Assembly (NCBI GenBank): GCA_965204535.1
Contig: CBDBEV010000001.1
Location: forward strand, 1,632,001 to 1,696,000
Length of the DNA stretch: 64,000 nucleotides
Source: a bacterium
GTDB lineage: Bacteria; UBA8248
Direction: 5' to 3'
Made by a program: the position numbers and the translations under genes. This document shows positions 32,252 to 41,404 of the stretch, in pieces; the first letter of the stretch is position 1; the number at the start of each line of letters is the position of its first letter. The notes beneath the pieces are model-generated. The model saw only the letters and a program-made list of their open reading frames with translations, was not told the DNA's origin and ran no database searches.

Positions 32252-33433
32252 ATGCCCAAAAGAAGCGAACGCAAGCTTACCAAACGCGTGGTCGACGCGC
32301 TATCCGTCGAGACGAACGACGCCGTCTTCTGGGACCGGGAACTGGCGGGCTTCGGAGTGCGGGTCTACGCCACGGGCCGGAAGATCTACGTGGTGCAGTC
32401 ACGGGGTCCGTGGGGTCCCAAACGCGTGACGCTGGGCAAACACGGCGAGATGTCCACTGATGAGGCGAGGAAGACGGCGGCCGGCGTCATCGACCGCATC
32501 AAGCGGGGCGAGGAGCCAGAGCCCAAGCCGCCCGAGGCCGCGCCCACGGTGGCGGGGCTTGCCGGGCGCTTCATGCGCGACCATGCCGAAACGCACTGCA
32601 AGCCCGACACCGTCAGACTGTACCGTTCACTGCTCGGGAACCATGTCGTTCCGGCGCTGGGCGGGACCAGGCTCGTCGATGTCGGCCGTGCGGAGGTATC
32701 GGAGTTGCACCACCGGTTGCGCGAGACGCCCGCCGTGGCCAACGCGGTGGCGGGACTACTCTCCAGGATGTTCAAGATGGCCGAGGCGTGGGGACTGGTT
32801 CCGCCCGGGGAGAACCCCTGCCGGGGGCTGCGCCGCTACCGGACGCGCAAGCGCGAGCGGTTCCTGACGCCAGAGGAGTTCCGCCGCCTGGGCCGGGCGC
32901 TCAGGGAGATCGAGGCCGAGGGGAATGCGTGGCCGGCCGCGGCCGCGGCGATCAGGCTCCTGGCGCTGACCGGGTGCAGGCGGAGCGAGATACTGGATCT
33001 CAGGTGGGACGACGTGGACCGCACGACGGGTGAACTCAGGCTCCGGGACGCCAAGGCGGGCCCGCGCATGGCGCCCCTGACCAAACCCGTATCGAGGGTG
33101 CTGGAGGGGATCCCCCGCTCGCCGGAGTACCCCTGGGTGATCTCCAGAGGGAACGGGAACGGCCGCCCGTTGAACCTCTCCTACTACTGGGAGGCCGTAA
33201 GGGAGCGGGCGGGGCTTCATGATGTCCGCATTCATGACCTCCGGCACTCGTACGCCAGCCGGGCGCTGGCGCTCGGCGAGAGTCTGCCGGCGATCGGCAG
33301 GCTGCTCGGACACCATCACGTGGTGAGCACGGCGCGCTACGCGCACCTGATGCGAGAGGCCGAGAAGGCGGCGGCCGCCCGCGTGGGCGAGAGCATCGGC
33401 GTTCACGTCACGAACGGGAGGATGGAGCGATGA
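32252..33433 (+). CDS. Tyrosine integrase with N-terminal arm-DNA-binding domain, copy 1
   Basis: FWD.EL.GFGVRV arm domain; TGCRRSE, AKAG, HDLRH, LLGH and ARYAH catalytic set intact. Confidence 0.95.
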   Translation: MPKRSERKLTKRVVDALSVETNDAVFWDRELAGFGVRVYATGRKIYVVQSRGPWGPKRVTLGKHGEMSTDEARKTAAGVIDRIKRGEEPEPKPPEAAPTVAGLAGRFMRDHAETHCKPDTVRLYRSLLGNHVVPALGGTRLVDVGRAEVSELHHRLRETPAVANAVAGLLSRMFKMAEAWGLVPPGENPCRGLRRYRTRKRERFLTPEEFRRLGRALREIEAEGNAWPAAAAAIRLLALTGCRRSEILDLRWDDVDRTTGELRLRDAKAGPRMAPLTKPVSRVLEGIPRSPEYPWVISRGNGNGRPLNLSYYWEAVRERAGLHDVRIHDLRHSYASRALALGESLPAIGRLLGHHHVVSTARYAHLMREAEKAAAARVGESIGVHVTNGRMER

Positions 33434-34629
33434 CGAAGCCCGCCATGAAAACGCTATCGAACCGGCTGGTGAGGAAACTCACTGTCGAGAAGGACACTGT
33501 CTTCTGGGACCGTGATCTGACCGGCTTCGGGGTGCGGGTATATCCCACCGGCTCAAAAGTCTACATCGCCCAGGCGCGGGGTCCCGAGGGCCCCAAACGC
33601 GTGGCGGTGGGCCGCCACGGCGTTATCCATGCGGAGGAGGCCAGGAAGCGCGCGGCGCTCGTCATCGCGCGCATCAAGGCGGGCGAGGAACCTGTGCCCG
33701 AGCCGATGAAGCCGGCCTGCGGTCCTACGGTGGCAGAACTCGCGAAGCGCTATCTCGAAGAATACGTCTCGGTGCGGTGCAAGCCGCGCACCGTGAAGAC
33801 GCTCCGCTCCGTGGTCGGCAGGAACATCGTCCCGGCGCTTGGCGCGATGCCGATATCCGCGGTCGAGCGCAAACACGTGGCGGAACTCCACGGGCGGCTG
33901 AGCGCCACGCCCGCGTCGGCGAACCATTCCGTCCGGGCGCTGTCCGCGATGTACCGCCTCGCAGGTGAATGGGGTCTCGTGCCCGAGGGCATGAACCCGT
34001 GCCGCGCCATCGCCGAATACCCGGTCGGCCGGCGGGAGCGCTTCCTCACCGAGGCGGAATTCGAACGCCTGGGACGCGCGCTCGACAAAGTCGAGACGGA
34101 AGGCGGCGCGTCCGCGTCAGCCGTGGCCGCCATCCGTCTCCTGATGCTGACCGGGTGCCGGAAGTCGGAGATCCTCACGCTGCGCTGGGAGGAGGTGGCG
34201 CTCGATCAGGCGGAACTGCGGCTCACCGACTCCAAGACGGGCGCGCGGGTCGTTTCGCTCTCGGAGCCCGCGGTGAAACTCCTCGCGGGTCTGCCGCGCA
34301 CCCCCGGGGTCCCCTGGGTCATTCCCGGCAGGAAGCCGGGAACGCACCTCCGGAAGCTCGATGACGCCTGGCAGTCCGTCCGCTCGCGTGCGGGGCTGGC
34401 CGACGTGCGCCTCCATGACCTGCGCCATTCGTTCGCATCGCGCGCTCTCGCGCTCGGCGAGGGACTTTCCGTGATCGGGAAATTACTCGGCCACGCCAGG
34501 ATCGAGACCACCTCGCGCTACGCCCATCTCGCGCGCGATTCGGTGCGCGAATCCGCCGAGCGGGTTGCCACGAGCATCGCGGCCGACATCTTGGATTGCG
34601 CTAGTGCACAGCGTCCCGAAGGGCCCTAG
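33430..34629 (+). CDS. Tyrosine integrase with arm-DNA-binding domain, copy 2
   Basis: ATGA overlap with integrase 1; TGCRKSE, SKTG, HDLRH, LLGH and SRYAH. Confidence 0.95.
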   Translation: MTKPAMKTLSNRLVRKLTVEKDTVFWDRDLTGFGVRVYPTGSKVYIAQARGPEGPKRVAVGRHGVIHAEEARKRAALVIARIKAGEEPVPEPMKPACGPTVAELAKRYLEEYVSVRCKPRTVKTLRSVVGRNIVPALGAMPISAVERKHVAELHGRLSATPASANHSVRALSAMYRLAGEWGLVPEGMNPCRAIAEYPVGRRERFLTEAEFERLGRALDKVETEGGASASAVAAIRLLMLTGCRKSEILTLRWEEVALDQAELRLTDSKTGARVVSLSEPAVKLLAGLPRTPGVPWVIPGRKPGTHLRKLDDAWQSVRSRAGLADVRLHDLRHSFASRALALGEGLSVIGKLLGHARIETTSRYAHLARDSVRESAERVATSIAADILDCASAQRPEGP

Positions 34630-34835
34630 CGGCCCTGAAAAAGGGAACCTTCGAAGCGGGGACTTCGACACTCTCTCCGATCCGGAGTTTTCGTCCCTTC
34701 CGCGTTGGCCGACCCCTAGCCGAAAACGCGCCGAACTCCGGTACGGAGACCGTCTCCCCGCTTGCGGGAACGCCCCGGACGATCTCGAAAGCGCATCCAT
34801 CGCGCTTCGCGTCTCGGCCATCGACATGGAGGCCT
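34601..34835 (-). pseudogene. HU/IHF-like DNA-binding protein remnant
   Basis: GETVSVPEFGAFS..RPTRKGR...GESVEVPASKVPFFRAARALRDAV is an HU beta-arm pattern; N-terminal helices and start are degraded. Confidence 0.7.
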
Positions 34836-34904
34836 GACTTGGTATCAGGTGAGGTAACCCTTCCGCAGGTGAAGGAACGGGTCAGCGTGACAGACCACGA
34901 AATC

Positions 34905-37058
34905 TTAACGCGATAAGCAGCACTTTTTGTACTTGAGTCCACTGCCACACGGGCAAGGCGTATTGCGGCCTATCTTTCTCGTCGCTCCCTGAGGCGATCG
35001 GGATATTGAGGCTACTAGGTCGAGAAAGTCTCGGGTCTTGGCGTCCATTTCGGCGCTTCGCTCCCATTTATGATCGAGGCTCACACTGAATCTCAACGTG
35101 GCAGTCTCGGGTGATATGCATATACCAAACCAAGTGTCCGCTTTTGCAATGTATTTCCGCTGAATGCAATACGCCCTCAACCGGCGGTCCGCCACAACCA
35201 CAGGGTCATTATTGCAATGAATGATAAGACCAGTTTTGCCCTCTCGAAAGGGCATCGTTAAATCATGATCTTTCCCATCTCTCCTTGCCAAGCCTACAAT
35301 TTCATCAATTTTATCGCTCACATGAACGAAGGTTTCCTCACTAAACGTCATCAGCATAAAACCAAGGTCAATCGTTGCGGGGCTAGGACTTGCTTCAATC
35401 GCTTTGACGATGCGTCCCAAGGTCGTTCTTCCGAGGCAGGTCAATATGCCGTCAGGTGTGCGTTTTCCTGGAAAACCCTCGCGTCGAACGGTCATAGCAG
35501 CATCGAGGTCCGTGGATATGTCATCACCGAGGAAGACCAAATCATGCTCGTCATCTACCCAAAGGTTGGTTTTGATGTGATGCGAAAGAATCGTCAACTC
35601 GTGGTTTGCGTGTAGTCGGTCAGAATAGTTCGTGCGCCGATTTATATAACTGAGCAGTGTGAGCGGCGACTGCAACATTTCCGTCATTGCATCAAGCGTG
35701 AACACTTCCATGATGAACGGGGGAGGTATGATATCGGTACTTTGAGACTTCAGGAACTGCCTCGCCTGAGAGCTCAGTGCCGGATAGTAACTGGAAACAA
35801 CGCAGATGACATATATCTCTTTGAGCTTGTGGCGCACGGTAATTTTCTGGGTATCAGTACCCTTCAGTTCGAATTCTCCGCGGGCCAGAAACTCCGCGCA
35901 CTTGTATCCTTGGTCATAGGCGTTCTGGACGCTCCTTGTGAAATCATCTCTGATTTTTCGGTCATTCCCCTTCCTTGCTTCTAATGTTAATTTCTTGGAC
36001 TTGGCTTGGAGTACGATAGCTCTGTTGCCAAAAAGCACCAGGACATCAATCTCGCCGATTTTTTCACCTTTCGATTTAACGATATCGACATTCGAGTGGA
36101 CATTCTTCTTCCCAAAAACAAGTTCCAACCTTTCTTGACAGAACTCTTCGGTAAACCGCCCTCTGTTCTGCATGGCAGTAGCTCTATACTGCCGATCTTC
36201 ACACATCCAGTAAAAGGGAGATTCGTACATCGCTTCGACTAGGCTATGGTTTTGAAAGAGGACGAATGAATCATCACTGTAACGAATTAGCGGCGCGGCA
36301 TTAACGATATTGAAGTCATTAAGCGTCTGAAAACTTCTGTTATTTTCTGCTGGCGGAACAGAGAACGCGGCAAAAACTCTCTGGGCTATGGCGACATCTA
36401 TGTCAGCGCGTTCTGCGACTTCACGGTCCGTGAACGTGAATGCTGGCAGGATAGACCAAGTATCCGGTGAAGTCTTTTGCATTCCTGCGAGTGTATGGGA
36501 GAGCTTTTCGTTCTGAATCTTCGCAACCACATACCCGATTTCTCGGGCTGTGTTGATAGAGAAGCCTTTGTTCGTTTCGAGCCACGCCTCATCGTTCTCG
36601 TATTTCCTGGGAGCCAGATCACGAAATTGAAAAGTATAGGCGGATTCATCCCCGTAGAATATCGTCTCTCGCAGTACTTTCCCGGAACCAAGTGGGTTGA
36701 AACCGCTCCCGGCAGGTGTCTCTTGCTCTGATTCTTCACTTGCTGCCGCAATCACAGGTTGGAGCATCGATTCATGTAGTTCTTGGAGCAGAGCTTCCGT
36801 TTCGTCTAAGTACTGTTGCATTACTGGAGGAGCAGGTAATGTCCAATCAATATCGTCTTTTACCAAAAGGCCGATCAGCGTGGATATCTCTGCTCTGGTT
36901 ATTGAGTGGTCGCGGTTCATGGCATCGGGTGTCAGACCTTCACCCTCACTATACGTGACGCAATTTTCTCTGTAGCACAGATAAGCGATTGCGTGCGCAT
37001 AACCCGGCGACACGCATAGCCGTGCAAGTTCGTCGAATATATCTTGCTCTTTTCTCAT
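34905..37058 (-). CDS. NERD/PD-(D/E)XK-like nuclease with C-terminal SEC-C zinc motif
   Basis: RGRFTE...GEIDVLV...VLQAKSK nuclease motif; terminal KIGRNTPCPCGSGLKYKKCC. Confidence 0.8.
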   Translation of the reverse strand: MRKEQDIFDELARLCVSPGYAHAIAYLCYRENCVTYSEGEGLTPDAMNRDHSITRAEISTLIGLLVKDDIDWTLPAPPVMQQYLDETEALLQELHESMLQPVIAAASEESEQETPAGSGFNPLGSGKVLRETIFYGDESAYTFQFRDLAPRKYENDEAWLETNKGFSINTAREIGYVVAKIQNEKLSHTLAGMQKTSPDTWSILPAFTFTDREVAERADIDVAIAQRVFAAFSVPPAENNRSFQTLNDFNIVNAAPLIRYSDDSFVLFQNHSLVEAMYESPFYWMCEDRQYRATAMQNRGRFTEEFCQERLELVFGKKNVHSNVDIVKSKGEKIGEIDVLVLFGNRAIVLQAKSKKLTLEARKGNDRKIRDDFTRSVQNAYDQGYKCAEFLARGEFELKGTDTQKITVRHKLKEIYVICVVSSYYPALSSQARQFLKSQSTDIIPPPFIMEVFTLDAMTEMLQSPLTLLSYINRRTNYSDRLHANHELTILSHHIKTNLWVDDEHDLVFLGDDISTDLDAAMTVRREGFPGKRTPDGILTCLGRTTLGRIVKAIEASPSPATIDLGFMLMTFSEETFVHVSDKIDEIVGLARRDGKDHDLTMPFREGKTGLIIHCNNDPVVVADRRLRAYCIQRKYIAKADTWFGICISPETATLRFSVSLDHKWERSAEMDAKTRDFLDLVASISRSPQGATRKIGRNTPCPCGSGLKYKKCCLSR

Positions 37059-37176
37059 ATGCTGAAGCCTTTATGCTGTTCCATGTCTAGGCATCACCGA
37101 TTTGCGCTGGCGGCGTGTCGGCTTTGTCCCCAATCAAGCGGCACATGCATCTTCTCATAGAGCATGAACAGATGCT

Positions 37177-37443
37177 CTATCCCCTCGCGTTCGAAAGCAA
37201 AACCTGAGCGTCGATAGAGCAGTCCATGGCGCAGTCGAGGGCTTGGTGAGCCTTGCGGAGAGTGAACGACATGAGGTCGGAGTCGTAGAGATCGGCCTGC
37301 GTCGCAGCGGGATGGTTTGCACGGGCTGCGAGGACGGCATCGGCGTGGGATGCGATGCGTTCCAGTTCCTTTTCTCTAAGAGGTGGTAGCGGGAAAGTGT
37401 TGTAGACGATGCCAACGAAATATAATAGCGATTCGCTCCCCAT
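37177..37443 (-). pseudogene. C-terminal fragment of an MmeI-like (type IIL/IIG) restriction-modification enzyme
   Basis: VYNTFPLP...AVLAARANHP.AT.ADLYD.DLM...LRKAHQALD.A.D matches the MmeI-family C-terminus. Confidence 0.72.
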
Positions 37444-37559
37444 GAGGGTGCTCGCCGCCAGTCCATTTCAAGAGGAAGGCCGAGGACGCGCCCAACGGTG
37501 CACGCGAGCCTGAGAACCGCCGCAGAATAACCCGGGAGCGGAAAAGGAAGTGCAGGCAA

Positions 37560-38090
37560 GAGCGCAGGGAGGCCAGCCTTTGCACGACCTGCGGAGAGCG
37601 TCACTCGGCAGAGGGGGCGCGGTTTGTGAGACCTGCCGCGATGCGAGGCGCGCGGCCGAGCGGGAACTCTACGCTGCCAGGAGAGCGAAAAGGCTTTGCG
37701 GTAGGTGCGGAGGAGCTGTCTTCGTGGGGGTTTCCAAATGCGGCCCGCGCCCGGCGCTCGAAGGTGGCCGCGCTCCCCGGAAGAACGCCGCGAGTCGCAG
37801 GCGCTATCGCGACAGGCGCGCCAGTCGGCTTTGTGTCGACTGTAGTGAACACGCAGGCGTAGCGGCGAGGTGTACGCCCTGCGCGTACCGCTTTTATGTG
37901 AGTTCGGGCGAGCATAAGGGCATTCCGCTCTACCCGCCGCGCTACACCGTGATCGAACTCGCCACGGGCGAAGACTTAGGTCCCTGGGAGAACTGGGAAG
38001 AGGTCTCTATATGCCTTGCCTTTACCAAGCTCTCCCAGGGTGGAAATCGAGATTATAAGCGATGCCTCGGTAATGGCGACGCTCATCGCT
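37560..38090 (+). pseudogene. 5'-truncated, degenerate paralog of the multi-CxxC protein at 62724-63533
   Basis: GGAVCETCR, LCGRCGG, LCVDC and EHKGIPLYPPRYTVIELATGEDLGPW align with the intact copy. Confidence 0.75.
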
Positions 38091-38099
38091 ATGTAGAGC

Positions 38100-38230
38100 T
38101 CTACATAACCGTCAAACGCGACATCCTTGACGTGGCCTTAGCCATACTCGGAAAGGTAACTTTAGATGTTTATCTGAATGACCGTGCTTTTATGCGTGAT
38201 GTCGCCGCCGCCTGGCATTACAAGCTCTAC
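38100..38230 (+). pseudogene. Fragment resembling the C-terminal domain of a type ISP restriction-modification enzyme
   Basis: LGKVTLDVYLNDRAF.R.V.AAW.YKL resembles the recalled DVYLN..A.W..VP..VW.Y.LGGY motif. Confidence 0.5.
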
Positions 38231-38448
38231 GATCTATACAGATGACCACAGATGCTATTGACTTGCTCTTGGACAACATGACTTGCGGGCCGAGAGGCAG
38301 TACGTGGAGCGGCGCCGTCATCACCTCCCGAACTGCGGATTCAATATCGATTGCCAAGTCGAGGACCCCATACTTTGAAGTATCGCGAAGACCGGGTCAG
38401 ATTGAATTGTAGCCACAGGATTTCCTTCCGGTTGTGAGCAGTTCAGGC

Positions 38449-39618
38449 CTAGATGTCCATCGCTATTAGAAGACGCCGTGTTTCGGAATGAAGATACAGT
38501 TCGTCATCCTGAGTGATAATTCGGGAGTGCATTGTGCAGACGCGTATCGGGTAGAGTCTTTGGAATGACTCTTCGACCAATGACTTTCGACGGAATACCG
38601 GGGCAAATGCTTCGTCCCAATTATCCTTCCGTACGATGATTTTCACGTAATCGGTAAAATCCGCGTAGGCGATCAATGGTTGTTCGGATTCGCCTTCATC
38701 GCGCGCCTTTGCTTGTTTCTCGATCCATTGTTGGCGCATTTCGCCGGGGATACGATGCTTGATCCAGTTTTTGCACACGGTCTCCGTCATGCGTTGGTCG
38801 ATGAATGCGCGGACACGGGTCTCGAAACGCAGTAGACGGTCATGTGCGTCATTGGTGCGTTCAAACCCAGCTTCCTCCTCGTTTAGCTGATGGTCGGGCT
38901 CATGGTCGTAGGCACGGATGAAGTGTGCTGGGGCGCTTTTGATGCCCGCAATCGTGATGGCTTGGTCGAAGGCGCTGGCCGGGAAGTCAGTTAACTCTGG
39001 ATCGAGGCCGCGCTCAACGTAGAAATCTGAACGCGCCAGTGGATCGGTAAAGATTTCCTTGGGCCAGTCGATCCTTGCTTGCCAGTCGCCGAAGTGGGGC
39101 CGCAACTGCTCCGCTAGCTCGACATCGAAGGGAGATTTCGTGCGCAAAATATGGCCAATTTGCTGCAATCCAACAAATCCTGCAAGAGACTGAAGTTGGT
39201 TCTCTGTGTTGAGCCACGGGGTAGTCATCGCTTCGATCGCGTGGAGGAGCTGGTTCTTGTGATCGTGATAGTGAGCAACTGCTCTGGCCGATCCGGCCAT
39301 CTGCAGTTCCTGGAGAAGTTTTGTGGTTACCGACAATTGCGGTAAGTGGAACTGATTTTCGATTTCCACCCCTAAATTTCGAATGACATCTAGCTCAGTA
39401 GCAACGCTCGAAAGGGGGTGGAGCTGAAGGCTGCGACGTAGATCCTCAACCGGACCTAGAGCAGCGCGTCTAAGAGTGCGGGTACGGTCAGCATCCGCAA
39501 TGAGGTTCCGAATTCCCAAATCGGGTTGTAGAGCTTCGATCTGAGCCGACAACGGTTTAAGTTGACGCCGTATGGCTTCGTGCGCCGTAAGCGCTCTTTT
39601 GAGTGTTTCATCCATCAT
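38449..39618 (-). CDS. Swt1-like HEPN domain protein
   Basis: C-terminal LLRFETRVRAFI, YADFTDY..II....NW...F and Rx4H motif RVCTMH; helical N-terminal region. Confidence 0.75.
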   Translation of the reverse strand: MMDETLKRALTAHEAIRRQLKPLSAQIEALQPDLGIRNLIADADRTRTLRRAALGPVEDLRRSLQLHPLSSVATELDVIRNLGVEIENQFHLPQLSVTTKLLQELQMAGSARAVAHYHDHKNQLLHAIEAMTTPWLNTENQLQSLAGFVGLQQIGHILRTKSPFDVELAEQLRPHFGDWQARIDWPKEIFTDPLARSDFYVERGLDPELTDFPASAFDQAITIAGIKSAPAHFIRAYDHEPDHQLNEEEAGFERTNDAHDRLLRFETRVRAFIDQRMTETVCKNWIKHRIPGEMRQQWIEKQAKARDEGESEQPLIAYADFTDYVKIIVRKDNWDEAFAPVFRRKSLVEESFQRLYPIRVCTMHSRIITQDDELYLHSETRRLLIAMDI

Positions 39619-39713
39619 GTCATGCTCCAATATCTATATGTTCAGCATAACCGGGCGCAACTTAGTGGCGCAGAGAACCTGGATACTTGTTGTCGCCGCG
39701 CCCTTATTGAAGA

Positions 39714-40931
39714 TCATAGCAGTTTTCCAAGGATGTAATCCAATTCGCTAGATGCTTCGAGGAATTTGAGAAAGCCCTTACCCCAGAACGCATAGGTGCA
39801 GTTTTTATCTATACTCCAGCCAGTCCCGTGTCGTGTAAGTCCATGATCCGAGAAAGGCATGCGTAGAGTGTGGATCATCGCGATTTCTTTTTGGTGTTCG
39901 TGAATTGTATAGGAGTCAGGGAAATGATCGTGACAGAGATCGATAAAAATGAGCGGCGGTTTTGGGTCGCGACGCCGTGCTTCACCCAGCCATGAGTTGA
40001 GGTGCAGGTCATTGAGCCCGGAACCGATCACGTAAATTATGTCGGCCGTCATCGCATCGCGGGCCATACTGGCGTAGTAGTGCGAGAATGGTTGTCGTTG
40101 TAGAGGGAAGAGCTTGTCGAGACCGATGATGATCTGCGTGCGGACGGCTCTTCCGCCATCCATCCTCGGATCGTCAGATACCCCGCGAAACGAATTGGCC
40201 AAGGCCTCGTCTCGATCGTCATACCAGTAGAGATCGCCCAGATCCGAATCGTATGACGGGGGGTGACCGAAGTTTAAATGCACGGAACCGTGCAGATGGA
40301 AGATGCAGTCTCGGTCAAAGGCCGCCCAGAATGCTTGGCGATCAAGTTCTTTTTGACCGGAGCATCGGGCAGGGGCAAATCCGGTATAGAGATCCGGGCA
40401 AGCTTGAAGGATAAAATCATCGTAATTGGTAGTATAGATGCGGGTGATGTGGTTTTCTTGTAACTTCGCAACGAACGCACTCAACGATTCAAGGTGCTTT
40501 GTCGGCGCTGCGGAGACGTCCGAGAGTTCGGCGAGAATGAGTTCCGCCATACGGTAGAGTAATTCCCTGAAGGTTTCTCGAGTAACGTCGATGCGACGTT
40601 CGACAAAAGGAACGAGGACCGGTTGATATTCTGGGGCGGTACCCAGAATTGGCTTGAAAGTGAACATCAGTTCATGGGCGCAATGATAGATGTGCTCGAA
40701 GTTGACAAGACCCTCACAGGCAACTTCGTCGGATACTTCCTTGTAGTAGCTCGTGAGAGCATGCTTAATCTCTAGCCAAGCACGGCCGCTTGCGCAATCC
40801 CGCTTCCTGTCGCCCGCAAGCATTTTTTTCTCAATGGATTTGGTCAGATCGGCGGTAGAAGACGCGCCGAAATCCATCGAAGCACCCGCCCCTGTCAATA
40901 CCAGTGCACGTTTTTTCCGCAAGGTCGGCAT
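39714..40931 (-). CDS. SIR2-like (SIR2_2) domain protein, putative NADase
   Basis: LVLTGAGAS, YTTNYDD, HLHGSV and VIGSGLNDLHL. Confidence 0.82.
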   Translation of the reverse strand: MPTLRKKRALVLTGAGASMDFGASSTADLTKSIEKKMLAGDRKRDCASGRAWLEIKHALTSYYKEVSDEVACEGLVNFEHIYHCAHELMFTFKPILGTAPEYQPVLVPFVERRIDVTRETFRELLYRMAELILAELSDVSAAPTKHLESLSAFVAKLQENHITRIYTTNYDDFILQACPDLYTGFAPARCSGQKELDRQAFWAAFDRDCIFHLHGSVHLNFGHPPSYDSDLGDLYWYDDRDEALANSFRGVSDDPRMDGGRAVRTQIIIGLDKLFPLQRQPFSHYYASMARDAMTADIIYVIGSGLNDLHLNSWLGEARRRDPKPPLIFIDLCHDHFPDSYTIHEHQKEIAMIHTLRMPFSDHGLTRHGTGWSIDKNCTYAFWGKGFLKFLEASSELDYILGKLL

Positions 40932-41404
40932 TCCTTTCTGCAATTCCTATTGTACGGAGAACAGTAAAATCATCATTGGGCTCGTAGCGCGAGACTGTCT
41001 CATTTATGAAGGAAACATGACAGGGCTCGACGGTTCGCGCCGGAGCGCTTCTCTCTCGTCTTCTTCCATCGCGTTTTCTCACGTTTTTCTGTCATACCCC
41101 AGCGCACCGGAGCATATCTGTGAGCGTATTTGGAACAATTCCGTAGGATATGAGCTATTAAAACCTGTTGCCCCCGAGAAATTTTCGTATTAAATACGCT
41201 TCGATGAATGCGATCGAATCCCGCACCGGGACCACCCCGGCCTGTCAATCGAGACGCAGCATCCAGACCCGGCTCGCAAGCCGTCCGGCATCGCCGCCGT
41301 GGACCGGTTGGGCGAACGCGTCTCCACCCCACCCGGGAGAGGCCGGCAAGTGACTCCCCGAGGAAAATCACAGCCATCCATCAAACCCTGAAAAGGAGAA
41401 CCGA

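Noticed and set aside
34905-37058. SecA / preprotein translocase call
   Set aside because: Only the ~20-aa SEC-C tail is present; no SecA helicase motifs
41168-41353. Short ORF upstream of traD as a TrwA equivalent
   Set aside because: Low-complexity sequence with no RHH pattern
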